A stretch of 62,911 bases of DNA, filler included, from Bipalium vagum (lineage: Eukaryota), in the NCBI GenBank assembly GCA_037834085.1. It is 3 parts of 3 records of this genome, joined end to end, with 100 filler letters (N's around TTAATTAATTAA, not from the genome) between each part and the next. Parts side by side here need not be neighbours in the genome. Positions count along the whole stretch, not along the records: positions 1 to 21,891 come from JBBMKC010229970.1; 2 more parts are not named here. The stretch is one strand, 5' to 3'. Shown piece after piece: positions 1 through 12,745 of this stretch. The number at the start of each line of letters is the position of its first letter. The first letter of the stretch is position 1. Under the pieces are notes generated by a model. It was not told the origin of the DNA, ran no database searches, and saw only the letters and a program-made list of their open reading frames with translations. A program made the translations under genes and the position numbers.

Positions 1-289
1 GTAATTAATAATTTTAAAGTAAATAATTAATTATATTATTAAATTAAATTAAAAAGAGCAAAAGTCAAATATTTTTAAAGTTTAAAAACCTTATATTTTC
101 TGTCTAGATTAAAACAAAAAATTAATTAAAATAGTGAGAGTTAATTCTTTTCTACAAATTGAATTATTTAAAACAAAAATATTTTGTCTTGATATTTTAT
201 TTTTATTAGGATATTTTACAAGATTTTGAGAAAATTGAACCGCTCAAAATGTATCTATCTATAATTGGTCTTATTTGATCTGACTTATG

Positions 290-490
290 TAACAATATGA
301 TAATATGTCGATGAACCTATAAATCGATGAGCAAAAGGGAAAAGAATTTCCTCTAATTAAACCTCCCCTACAGTCGGGCAAAGATTTTGTAAGTAAATCT
401 CTGAACTGACACCAATGAGTTAAGGAGAGTCATCTTTCACGAATGCACTTCGATCTCAAGAATCTTCCCTAATGATCTCAATTTGGAAAT
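290..490 (-). mobile_element. possible LTR-retrotransposon reverse transcriptase remnant
   Basis: Minus strand FQIEIIREDS*DRSAFV..., LIGVSSEIYLQ and FIDIL loosely resemble the RT QI..EDR.KTAF, PFG and YxDD regions. Heavily decayed. Confidence 0.3.
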
Positions 491-744
491 ATTTTTTTTT
501 CCCTCTCTCTTTAAATGTTTGAAAAAGGCACTTAACTTTTAACTAAAGTAAAACAGAACATATTTTTTTAGTCGATATGGACTAACTATGGTCTGACGAA
601 AACTCTAAGACTGCACATTTAATGGATTGAATTACATAGTTTGGTCCCGTCCGTTATTGACCACATCTGCTTCTAATAGATTAGGTGATTAATTGCTCAA
701 AATGAATTAATATCTTATAAAGAATCTCCTATTGTTAATTAATT

Positions 745-930
745 GAGGAATCCGTTTTACGATATGCTGTCTGGCGTTGTCATGACAATCGATGGCTGAC
801 TAATTTTAAATATTTGATGCAGGCGTTCCAATTGGAAATAGTAAACTTCTGTTGTTATTGATTCACCGGATTTTATGAATTCAGAATACACTATTCGCGT
901 CGGACACAACCGGGATTTTATCAGAACGTA
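745..930 (-). mobile_element. mariner transposase remnant (catalytic region)
   Basis: Minus strand reads RIVYSEFIKSGESITTEVYYFQLERLHQIFK...HDNARQHI, matching the mariner HDNARPH region. Confidence 0.75.
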
Positions 931-2085
931 AGCTTATTATGTGACACTTCGTTCAAAATATTACTTACAAACCTATCTTTGAAAAATACCATATAAAATG
1001 TCTTATTTCTCAGAAATGTTATCCAGTACTTTTCCCTGCTGAATGACATAGCAGCCTGTCCTGATGAAAAATAATTATCTTCTCTACCCTAGAAGCACAG
1101 TCACAATATTCTCAACGTTTTGTTATTGTTAGGCTTTCAAGTATAAATCCAAGATGGATCAGATCTTTGTGATCAGTCAGACAGATAACATCAATCATAT
1201 GGTTGAGGACATTGCTTAGGTCGTGAAGTCTTAGTATAATTTTTATTTTTGTCAATTTCAGCTTTTTATTATTATTTTATTATTATTAATATCTTTGTCC
1301 CGTTTTTTGAATATTTTCGATTCATGGACAACCTCCTTTCATACGATCCTCGTCGGTTATTTTCTGTTGAGAGTGTCTAATATATTTCAAAACAGCGCGA
1401 TATTTTCTTGATTTAATTATTTGTTTAAACAAACGAATGATAACTGGCCGATAATCTTTTATCGATTTCATATCGAAATTATAATCAATTATAATTTAAT
1501 ATTTCAATAATTCAATTGAAATACATATAAACCTAATAATAATGATAATAATAATAAATATATTATAATGATAAGAACCAATGACAAAACATATAAAATA
1601 AAATAAATAAATAGCAAAATAATTTTTAAAATAATTTTTGAAATATATAATATATTATTCTCCACTCAATTTATTATTCAAACTTTATATATTTATGATT
1701 TTTTACGAAGTTTCCTTTTAATTTTTAATAGTTGAAATTGTCTTTTGTTTCTATTTGAATTTTTTTTTGTAAAAAAAACCAATGTTAAATATTAATAAAT
1801 ATTTTTCATCGAAAAAAAAATAGAAAAATAATTTTTTGTAAAAAAAATTAATTAAGTCGAGATTTTGTAAAAAAGGAAAGGACGAAAAAACGTTTCCATG
1901 GTTACAGTAGAAGAACAAAAGAAAAGAAAAGAGTAAATTTGCCAATTGATAATGGAATTAAAATTCCTTCGAAGTTGAAAAGGAATTAGTTTGATGAAGA
2001 TGTAATATATATATTTATTTATTTAATGTTTTCTCAAACTCTGATTTTCCCCTTTATATTTTATATATAAATATAATATTACTAT

Positions 2086-2403
2086 ATGTATAAGAGCTCT
2101 ACATCTTCAACGTTGACAGGGTATAAGAGACATATGACAGAGTTGCCATCGAAAATGAAGCATATATATAAGATCTGTGGATCGCTTTGTCAACCGCTCC
2201 TCACTGCCTCTCACCTCACCTTTGACCCAGCTCGACTTTGGAAGTCAAAGCCAGATGAAAGTAATTATTTATTAATATTGCCCTATTTCTTTAGCAGGAA
2301 ATTGCTTTCCTTCAGCGAAATACATCGGCATTTGAAAATGGCGGGAGATTCCCTATTTGCATTGATTAATATCCCAATGTCACAGTCTTGTCTTCGACAT
2401 TAG
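2086..2403 (+). mobile_element. possible Helitron Rep/helicase linker fragment
   Basis: ORF contains GSLCQPLLTASHLTFDPARLWKSK and FSEIHRHLKMAGDSLFALINIP, resembling the Helitron LRxLF..IL..C.PxxP..LW and IE..L...GKSL...P segments. An intron-like gtaatt...tttag lies between them. Confidence 0.4.
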
Positions 2404-2989
2404 TGATATGTATGCCTGCTTTAGTACGAAAGTTGAAAGGAAATTATTTGTTTTAATAATCCACAGAAAAATAAAAGTAATATATATTTTTTCTTTTTTG
2501 ACAAATCTCCAAATATTTTTTTATTGTTGGAAAATCTTTTCAAACAAAAATTATCTGTGAATTTTGTTTGATCAAAGTCAATTTTATTTTTTAATGTTGA
2601 CCATGAAAACAAATTTATCATAATTAATAATAATTATTATGACAGTATTATTTCATTTACTTGAAATAATTGGAAAAATTCATTTTATTTCAAAAGATTT
2701 ATTATTTTTCTTCTTATATTTTATTTTTGCTCCCGATATTTTTGTTAAATTTCTCTTTTTATTAATTGTTTAAAACAAATAGTAAAAATCTCTGCAAAAA
2801 TCAATTATCAATGTTTTTTGTTTAAATCGTCTAATTAATAAATTATATTTGAGTTGCACAATTCAAAAACACTTTCCATACAATGCACATGCTTCACGCT
2901 GTATATATCCCTTTGAGGCACAATTTAAGCCAATCAAAAATTATTTAACTTAATTAAAACAATTTTTGAATAAAATAAATAAAAAGCGA

Positions 2990-3230
2990 GTTGATATGAA
3001 AATTTTGAGAGCGGAATGGAAATACGTGGAGGTAGATTGGTCGATATTTAAAAGGCCTGGTTTATGTTCACATTTTACAAGACCATCGAACTATTAAATA
3101 TAATTAAGACAACAGCAAAAACACCTGAATCTCTGGTCGTATAGATGAATCTATTGATATAGGGTACCATTCTGTTTACGAGCTACTTAGAGCTCTAAGT
3201 CAGTATGTAAATCATTTGGTTGATTGAAAG
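2990..3230 (+). mobile_element. possible Mutator-like (MULE) transposase C-terminal remnant
   Basis: Frameshifted pieces VDWSIFKRP, FYKTIELL and SVYELLRALSQYV resemble MULE C-terminal motifs. Confidence 0.3.
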
Positions 3231-3499
3231 AGAGGTCGACTTAGGATTAAACAATCACGGAGATAAGAGAGTAAATGAACCGATAGTATACCATCGGGAT
3301 GGTTCAACGACGTAGTCTACCGAAGATTCATGCAGGAATGATATTCATATGAGGATGATGGTGATGACGTTACGGTATTACTAGTTGTAGAAGAGACTCA
3401 TATGGAAAAATAAATTAACATTAAGAAAAATATTGAAATACATTTTTAAAAAATTTCAATGTTACTGTGAAAGATTACTAAAAACAAAACAAGTGTGTC

Positions 3500-3790
3500 A
3501 TTGTCTGACAATTCTCAGACGACCAGGAGAGGTTAGCGGGTACAATCACTCGCTAATCTGGCACACCAATCGAAGAAGGATGATAAGACCTATCCATCAA
3601 GTGACTGATGACTCTGACTGGCTATGACGCTCTGGGAGTACAAAGTCTGCCCCCAATATCAACGGATTTACTATCACTCATTCTAGGAGTATTAACCTAC
3701 GATAAATTCGGTCACAGTGATCTGATTAGGCTGACCAATGTCTCAAACCCACAGAAGCGCTCAGGATATCCGTTGATATGATAGTGGTAA
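3500..3790. repeat. GC-richer structured sequence sharing a core with 58839-58909
   Basis: AGACCTATCCATCAAGTG...ACAAAGTCTG occurs at 3586-3649 and 58839-58909. Local hairpins are present, plus a perfect 12-bp inverted repeat (3656-3667 / 3768-3779). Confidence 0.6.
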
Positions 3791-3989
3791 ACAAAAAGAA
3801 TATCAAAACTGAATGAAATATTTCAATAAACCTAAAGAGCGTCTTCTATACAGAGATGATTGTTTTCTATCAGAAAAGGAATATCTATCAATAACTTAGT
3901 GTCCTATAAGTTCTTCCTTTATTTCATTTGGAAATATTTATGAGAATATTCTTCAAAGAAAGCGAAAAAATAATTTAAAAACTGGAGTC

Positions 3990-4200
3990 CACTTAAAAAA
4001 AAAGAAATAAGAGCCATATGGAAAGTATTCATTTGATATATGTTGACCAATCAGGGATATTAACGATATTAGATGATCATAGACAAAAATAACCAGAACT
4101 TTGTCCATTATTTTTGAAGCTCTGAATGTGCAATATATGAGTGACGAAACCATTAAGAGAAAAGTAAGGGTTCCTATGATTACTGTAAGAGAGGGATGTT
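3990..4200 (+). mobile_element. LTR-retrotransposon integrase core remnant
   Basis: Frameshifted MESIHL / DIC*PI / LTILDDH..K*PE matches the integrase PW..IHIDxxGP...L..IDxxSKxPE motif. Confidence 0.45.
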
Positions 4201-4719
4201 AAAAAATGCGCAATTTTTTGGTTCACTTTTGAAGTCAACGAAAAAAAGTTACAAAAGTCCATTGGCTGTGCTGAACTCGTTGAATGATTGATGGTTGAGT
4301 GCTACCTAAATTAACACCTGATTACATTATATCAGGTCATCTTTGGACGATTTTGTGGCACCTAAAGCAATATGAGAAAGTGACTAACCTCGACAGATCG
4401 ATGCCAAGTGAAATGAATCAAAAGGAAGTTAACTTTACTTCTCTTATGCTTGAAAAGTGTGATATATTTCTAAATTGAATTCAAAAAGAACCGACAAGTC
4501 TATCAGAAAAGACCGCCTTACAAGAAAGACAAGTCCACACAAAATACTGGTCGGAATATAATGGTACATCACTATATAGCGAAAACATCCATGGTACCCA
4601 TTTTTAACTGTGCAAAAATCTTTAATCAATGATTATGCTGCATTGTACCTGTCACATTTCAACTAATAAGCCAGGAACTTTTAAAAATCCTTCATCCCGA
4701 TGTTATTGGTCATCCGAAA

Positions 4720-5150
4720 AAAGATGTCGTTTTAATTCAATCAATCATAATAGAAAAATTTTAGAATTATCAATTATGCAATCACCGAAATATTCTCCAC
4801 CCGCGTCTATGACTTGCTGTCAAGGAAAAACTGTTAGTCTTTGAAGTCAAAAAACAAGACCAAACCGTTTTTCATAGTATCTTGAAATGTTTTACTGGAA
4901 AGCATATGATAAATTGACCGGAATAAGTGATAATCAGAGGGGGTTATATCTTAGGAATAAGAAGGATGAGAGAGAAGATCCGATCCAAATTCCATAATTT
5001 TCTGAACAACCTGTTATTATTTTGACGCAGGATAACCCCTTTTTATTGACCAGTGCAAGATGTTTATGTTGGGTACCATTCTTTAATGGAATTAAATGTT
5101 CACTATAAATGTCTGTTATAATTGTTTGATCCCGTTTTGTTGTTATCATA
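4720..5150 (-). mobile_element. mariner transposase C-terminal remnant
   Basis: Minus strand QTIITDIYSEHL...LVNKKGVIL...LLSHPSYS*DITPSDYHLFRSIYHMLSSKTF (YSPDL motif). Confidence 0.8.
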
Positions 5151-6399
5151 AAGTTTAATCATCATAATCATAATAATTACCAAATATATACCCCTTGATT
5201 TATGAAGACATTAATGACATCACTGTCCCAAGGTTATCAATTATATTACTCCTATCATTACTAAGTTTGTAATTCAGACATTATTCCTCAAACTCTTATT
5301 GTCTTATTAAAAACCTTTTGCCATTGCCCGCTTATTCTTTTCAAATCTTCAAAAAGAACACGAAATGAAACATTTCTCTCAATGTTAGAAACAATAAATC
5401 GTTAAAGATCAAATTTCCTTTACTATTGACACGTTTTTGCCGTTTACGCTGATTGCTTAACCCTTTTGTCATTAACAATTCTCGTTGTTCTAAGATTTTG
5501 CCCATAAGAGCGGTTGCCAATAAATCTCATCCTGCTCACCCTACAAGTAGAGTCTAAATATGTAACACGATCTTCTGGTGTATCCCTGACTTGGCAAATT
5601 AATTTTACTATTTTCTCTCCACGTTTCAACTTAACCTCCTTCAGTGATCACAGAAATTCGCCTAAGAATTTCTCCTTTACGATTTTTCAGGCTGACAATC
5701 TTTTACAATTTGCCCCATTAATAATAAATGGAAAAATATTTCCACAAAATCAAAGTCTCAATTTCAACGGACTTTGCCAGAACTGAGCCATTTTATATTA
5801 AATTAATCCCATTCATTAATATCGTACATTTAAACTATTCCCGGAGAGTAGTCAATGATAGGAGATATCGACATTTAGTTCCTAAATGTATTTGGCAAAG
5901 CCCATGGATCGGAATTAGAAATTGTAAACTGATATTTTATTTATTTTGTAAAATGAAGAGCTGTTTTATATTTATTATGTTAAAAATTTGGATAATAATG
6001 ATAATAATAATAATAATAATAATGATAATAATTGTTATTATAACAAAAATGATACCATAAGAAATATTTATTATGATAATTTTAAATTATAAAATTTGAT
6101 TATTAGGTCTACAAGTTGAAAAGGTGTCTATTTAGTAAATAAATTTATTTGATAAATGAAATGAATTAGTAATTAAAATGAATTAATTTTATAATTGATT
6201 AATTTTAATCAATTAATTATTTTTGTTTTAATTTTGTAAATAAGCAGTTTTGTGAAATTAGAATTGTGTTAAAACTTTTATGCTATAATTGAAGAGCTGA
6301 AGTGGCTACGGCTAACACTAATAATAAATAAGATTTTGTGAAAGCTTTAAATACAGTTACTCGTGTCTTTAAAATACTTAAAACAAGGTACTATATGAG

Positions 6400-6860
6400 C
6401 TGTTATTTAGAAAATGTTTCCCTCAAAACTTCATCCATTAGCTTAAGTACAATCTGGATAATTCATGGAGATTGTTCTGCCTAAGATCTCACTGCTTTTT
6501 AAATCAGTTTCTCATCAGGCCTTTATCAAATGTCTCCATGGTGACATGATTTACTTTAAAAATATGACTCAGCTTCAAATTCCTCTATATTGGTAGTCCG
6601 GAGCATCCGGGTCTTATTCTCCACCATGTTCATTGTGTAATCTGATTCTTAAAATGTAAATCGTTTTACCTGTTTAAAGATCCAATTTTCTTGTACCAAA
6701 AGCTTGAATGTTGATCGATCTTGTTATTTTTCAGTACAAAATTTAGAGTAGGTTTTCTTTTTATAAGTCCTTTTATCAGTAGTGATTACTTTTCTAAATT
6801 GATTTAATCACATTAAGACTGCTTCAAACTTTTTGCTAATGCATTTCACTCTATTTTAAT
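6400..6860 (-). mobile_element. possible non-LTR (LINE) RT N-terminal remnant
   Basis: Decayed RPGCSGLP (PGPDG-like) and RTISM...CT/LKLMDEVL (RPI.L....K-like) motifs. Confidence 0.3.
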
Positions 6861-8257
6861 TAGTGTTAATAAATGTTGTTTCTTCCAATCTCTAAAATTT
6901 GAAAATACAATCACCAAAAGTACAGAAAATTAATTTTTATCTCACAGTGACAAAAATGATTTTGTCATAGAGTAGGAAATGAATGGACTTAATACAAAAC
7001 TTTTATCACTGAATTCTTTACCAAGAGGAATCAAAGTAAGTGTCTTCAGCATGGGTACATTTCGGAGATTCATTTATACAAAAATCTGGATTAAGATAAT
7101 CAATAAATCTCATAAAGACACTATGGATATCCTCTTGGGGTTGGAAATTTTTGGGCTGTGATGGATCCTCAGAGGAACTCTTATTCTGTGGTATTGAAAA
7201 TTTTTAATTTCTTCATTATTTATAAAACATAATTTTCAAATTAATTTTTAAAAACTACTTTATATTTTTAATAAATATAATTAATTATAAATATAATGAA
7301 ATGTCTTACACTATCTGTAAACCATAATGTACAAATTATATTTTAAAAATATAAATTAAAGTTTAGAAAATATTAAAACAAGAAGTATTGATTTACAATA
7401 AAAATTCGGAGAGATAATCAAGTTACAAATGACCAGAGAGAATTATGCATTTCATATTTTATGACTTAATAATGGACAAAAATATATGATACAAAAATGA
7501 ATAATAATCTGAAATTATGACTTTTTAATTGGTAATTATTAATAATATTGAAATATATAAAAAAGAAAAAGAATAAAATAAATGATATTGAGGTTTTAGA
7601 GAAAGATGAGAAGTCAAATGAGACAGGTTTCTGTAAAATAAATATAATATGAAATAAATAAAGTTTCTACAGAGACATTGAGGGCTTCAGTCTAAATAAA
7701 ATAAAAAATTTAATTGACAATAAAGGCAGATATTAAAGATAAATTATTCCTTCATATTCGTAAAGATTTCTGCTTGACATTCCTCAATTAAAATTTTCTT
7801 CATATTTTATTTATACAAGGCCGGATATGTTTTGATAGTGAGCCTGTCTTAGTTTATGCGACCCAGATTCAGATTGACGCAGAAAGTATGATCCGGTGAT
7901 AACAGAGTACGTAATGTATATCAGTCAGGATGTTCATAGTTAGGATGTTTTAATTGATAACGAATACTTAAGACGGTGTTTTTAAGACTTTATGTTTAAT
8001 AAGAAAATCTTAGTATGTAACCTCTTCTCTTATTGAATGTTAGATCTATTTCTAAGATAAAATAAATCATAGAAAATATAATCATTGTAAATATCAGGTT
8101 AAGGAATAAGTAAACTTGTGTATTTTAATATCCTCTTTGTAAATTTGTTTAATTAATATAAAGTAATTTGGAATTATTTGAATTGATTTATGAATTTTTT
8201 AAAGTATTGATCTTCAGATAATTATCCAATTTTTTCTAATGACTTTAAAATTTCTAG

Positions 8258-8830
8258 TTGAAAATTATGGATTTCAAAGACCTGCATATTTTGAACTATG
8301 CTATTTTAAATCACTGGTTTATGAGTGGTTTCAAAGCAAAGTTTATGATAATGAACATTTGCGCAATATATCCAGATGTCATCAGGAAATGCCAGAATTT
8401 ATTTAGTAATTTTGCAAAAGATAATATTGATTTGGTGGACTAACCAAGGTCTGGAGGTCAAACAGTGGTGTATGATGACATGTTGCGTGCAAACATCAAA
8501 AACCACATATAATTTGACGGATATATGTCTGTGATTGGAAAAATAATTTTGGTAAGTATTGGGAAGATTTTCAAACTAGGGGTTTAGATCCTGTGCAAAT
8601 TGACAAAGGAGAATTAGCTTGACATATGATCATGTTACGTGACAATTCAAGACCACACACTGATCGATTGACTCTGGAAAAAAAAACAGATCCTTGGATG
8701 TAAAACCATATAAAATTCATCATATTTTTCTGACACTCTTAATCAATTCCTTCAAAATTATTTGAATGGACAGGCGTTTCAAAATGTAAAGTCATCAAAA
8801 GAAGCTAAAGATTTTAATACCTATATTTTC
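8258..8830 (+). mobile_element. internally deleted mariner remnant
   Basis: N-terminal HTH region ...RKCQNLFSNFAKDNIDLVD*PRSG, GKIFKLGV*IL (WVP-like) and DNSRPHT. Confidence 0.75.
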
Positions 8831-8849
8831 AAAGTACGAGATTACAATA

Positions 8850-9300
8850 TGTTGTGTTGGTGCACAATAATTGGCTGAAATAAGACAATGATAAAATTGT
8901 GACTTTTTTATTCAGCCAATAATTAGTTAGATATTGTCAGTTGTTTTCAATCGAATCCTTCATTTCTGAGATGGCTTCCTAATTTTCTCTAAAGAACTCT
9001 TTCTAATCTCTAAGACATTGTGGTTTTACAAGTTTCAAAGAGCACGAACCACTTCTCATTGAAAGTGCTTTGCATTGATATAAACAAATAATAATCGAAA
9101 GATACCATATCTGGAGAATATAGATAGCCTTTAAGATACCGTTCAAATTCATTCAATTTATGAAGAGTGCGAACATACTTGTATAGTCTTAAATTGTACT
9201 CGTGAGGCTGAATAAAATGCGTTTCTAGTTTTTCAATTCATTTCTTCGTATTGAAGCGACCCTTCAGAGGTTTCATGAGTCAATTTCACGGTATTTGGTA
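8850..9300 (-). mobile_element. mariner C-terminal remnant
   Basis: Minus strand YSPDMVSFDY..LFISMQSTFNEKWF. Confidence 0.7.
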
Positions 9301-9399
9301 TATTGATCTTTTTTAATCACTTCTCGAACATATCATTAATATTAGTGCATGAAACGGAGGTTAACGGACGACTCTCAAGAAATTTGTCCTCTTGTGTAA

Positions 9400-9774
9400 T
9401 CTTTCAACAAGATAAAGGCGAGTTTCTTTATATACTGGACAAAAGTTATTGTAGTTCGGCTGGGATGTTTTTTCAGACCCAGCTTACTCACCAGATCTGA
9501 CACCATCATATTTTTATTTATTTCGATCCTTACAGAATTCTTTTTATGGGAAAACTTTCAGTTCTTGAGAGGATTGTCAAAAGCACCTGGAGGTGTTTAA
9601 CGATATAAAACCAGAGAAAATTTAGAAGGATGGGATTTTCAAATCAACTGACAAATGGTGAAAACTCGCTGATTTAAATGGTGCAAATATTGTTGAATAA
9701 CAATTTTTATAATAATAAAACATTGACTTTGAATTTTCTTTTAAAATACGAAGACCTTTTAGTCAGCCCCATTA
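9400..9774 (+). mobile_element. mariner C-terminal remnant with right TIR
   Basis: PAYSPDLTPS..YLFRSLQNSFYGKTFSS*EDCQKHLE...KDGIFKSTDKW*KLADLNGANIVE*, followed by TIR-like ccttttagtcagccccatta. Confidence 0.8.
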
Positions 9775-12372
9775 TCCGGTGTTCATTGTGCACAAAATAT
9801 AAATTGTAGTTGACTAAAAAACCGATTGAATCTGTTAACAGTCTAATTTATCATGATCAATCAATTGGTGTCTCTCCCTAATCTTGCCTTCCCATACTCA
9901 CGATCCAACCAAATTAGGTAATTAAAGAGAGACTTTCATATGCTCAGAAACTCTCCCTTTTAGCATAATCCGTTGTGTTATTATCTTCAAAATTTTGACA
10001 CCCCTCTTAATTAAAAAGTAATTAAAGGGATATCTTGGTGATGAAGAATTAAAAAGATATGACTATCATTTATCCATTGTGAGGCCTGCAGCCCGGACCC
10101 CAATTACCATAATCACCATTAATTGCAAATTGTCAAATTTATTGACAAATTGACTTTAAAGTTCTCTGATTACTTTTTGCCGTGAGAACATCAGATAAGA
10201 TTTTCGTTCAGTACCATTTAAACAAGCTTTCAAATCTAGGAGTAAAATGGAGCCCTTTGGAAATGATTACGTAGGAGGCTCTATAACTAGAAGGATAAGG
10301 CGTTATTTTTATTAAAGGAGGTCAGGTGTTCCCTTGTCAAATAGTTCTTGATAAAGATATTGCACAATTTCTCAGGGTTATCTCGAAACAAGATCAAAAG
10401 GTAAATAAGAATTATAATTAATTAATAATAAATTTCCATAATTTTGGGTGAAAAAAGGTTTTAAAATTTCAGAAATCGAAAAAAAGGTAAAAAAAATAGT
10501 TATCATTTAAACCATATCGATCCACTTTTTACCCAGATAATCTCCTGTCAATTTTCAAATAAAATCGTTATGCCAACCCGGAAAACATTCTTGCAGCTTT
10601 TGGTGGAAAATTGTACCACACATTCTATATAGAACTGAGCTTTACTCCCAGTGACTTCGGCAGAGATCTCAACAATCTGATTGTGATAAGTCCATTTTAT
10701 AACGAAGATCAATAATCCCTTAACCTTCCAAACTCGTTTACTCTTCAAAGATGTGTGTGGTCTGACACAACCGGTCTTCCCACTTCTTAGATTTGACTTG
10801 GCAGTTTTAAACCTTGATCTAATCATTTTGATTGGTTACAATTCACATCAGAATCAATAGTTTTATTGTACGGCAGAATTTCATATTAAAAGCAAACTAA
10901 TAATAATTAAATAAAATATAATTTCGATGCCTTTATAAAGTACAAGAAATACTTAGTTTATATATGAAATTTTTTGTTTAAATTGATATTATTTTTAAAA
11001 CAACTCAGCAATTTTTCAAATTAATAAATTGATAAAAATTCACGGCTTAAATTCTTAAAAGATAATATTATTTTATTATTTGGGATTTTTAAATATTTTC
11101 ATTTGCTTTGAACGAGAATTATCACAGATATTTATCAAATACATAATATAAATTATTATCATTTGAGGTTTATTAAGAAATAACGGTTTATTTTCTGTTT
11201 AATGCGCTTATTGTACTTTTTATATTGATTAAAAAATGCAAATAATTTTTTTTAATAAAAATATATATTAAAAAAATTATTAAAACATTACTTAAAGGTT
11301 TTTTGATAATTATTAATTTTCTTATTATTTAATTAATTAATTTATTATATTTTAATTAAAATATAAATTTTAAATGAATCAAATAAAATAAATTTTTAAA
11401 TTTAACATTTTTAATTTTTAATTTTATGTTTTCTTTTGTTTAAATAAATTTTAAATTTTTAATAAATATTTTCAAAAAATTATTACTATTATATTTTATA
11501 AGAAGCGATTCATATAATTTTTTAAAATTTTTTTAATTTTAAAAATTTTAAAAAATTATTAAAAATAATGCATTTTTATTAAAATAAAATTCAAAATTCA
11601 AAATATAAAAAAATAAAAAATATTTTATAAATATATTTATTTTATATTTTTTAAATTTTGTTTAAATTGTGTATATTGATTAAAATAATTATCTAATTGA
11701 AATTAAATTATTTTTTTATTTATTTTACATATTTTTTTAACATTTAAAAAATGAAAATATTTTCATAAAAAATTAATTAAAATGTTACAAAAATAATTCA
11801 TTTTAATTGAATTTATTATTGTTAAATAAAAATCCAGTTAATTAATTAATTAAGTTTTTAAAATATTATTTAAAAATTCGCATCGGTAAAAAGATTATTT
11901 TGAATATAAAATAAAAAAATTATAAATTTAGTAAACAAATAACACAAAATTAAAGGCTTCTACTCGAGACGATGAAGGGAAAGTCTTTGGAGAAATTAAA
12001 ACAAAAAAAATTAATTAATAAAGATTTCCGGTGATGTTTTGGTCTAAACCCACCCTTCAATTTCAGAAGAGAGATCGACTTTTATTTAAAAATATAAAAA
12101 AATAAAAAATGGACGAATATATAATATAAATAATCACAATATATTGCCCGCGCAGTTCTAATGATACATAATATAAACTGTTTACACTGGCCCTTCTTCA
12201 AAGGTTCCGCCGAGGAATGCTGATAAGCTTCTATATTTAACAGAAAATTTGGCAGTTTCATTAATTTTATGAATAGTTTATAATAAATAATAATTTTTAT
12301 TTTTTGCTTTTTATTTTTTTTTATTGTATTAAGTCTTAAAATTATTGTTATTATCAATTATAATATTTAATA

Positions 12373-12745
12373 ATAATTATATTATTATTACAATTATTAT
12401 TACTATTATTATTACTATTATTATTACTATTATTATTACTATTATTATTACTATTATTATTACATTTATTATTACATTTATTATTACATTTATTATTACA
12501 TTTATTATTACATTTATTATTACATATATTATTAGATTTATTATTACATTTATTATTACATTTATTATTACATTTATTATTACATTTATTATTATATTTA
12601 TTATTACATTTATTATTACTATTATTAGTAATATTATTATTATTACTATTATTAGTAATATTATTATTACTATTAGTAGTAATATTATTATTACTATTAT
12701 TAGTAATATTATTATTACTATTATTAGTAATATTATTATTACTAT
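12373..12745. repeat. AT-rich minisatellite with 12-bp units grading into a 24-bp unit
   Basis: (ATTATTATTACT)n, then (TTTATTATTACA)n, then (ATTATTAGTAATATTATTATTACT)n. Produces low-complexity ORFs on both strands. Confidence 0.95.

Noticed and set aside
3100-3415. Alternative genetic code (TGA=Trp or TAR=Gln) suggested by stops in protein-like frames
   Set aside because: The intact kinase uses the standard code with no internal stops and ends in TAA. The stops fit mutational decay of dead elements.
3604-3650. Hammerhead or twister ribozyme
   Set aside because: CTGATGA is present but has no correctly placed GAAA, and the second copy breaks the motif. Twister core elements are missing.
5200-5900. 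Possible gag-like remnant on the minus strand
   Set aside because: Only vague similarity, with no intact zinc knuckle or other diagnostic motif.
11950-12240. GC-richer exon-like islets
   Set aside because: No consistent spliced reading frame could be built on either strand.
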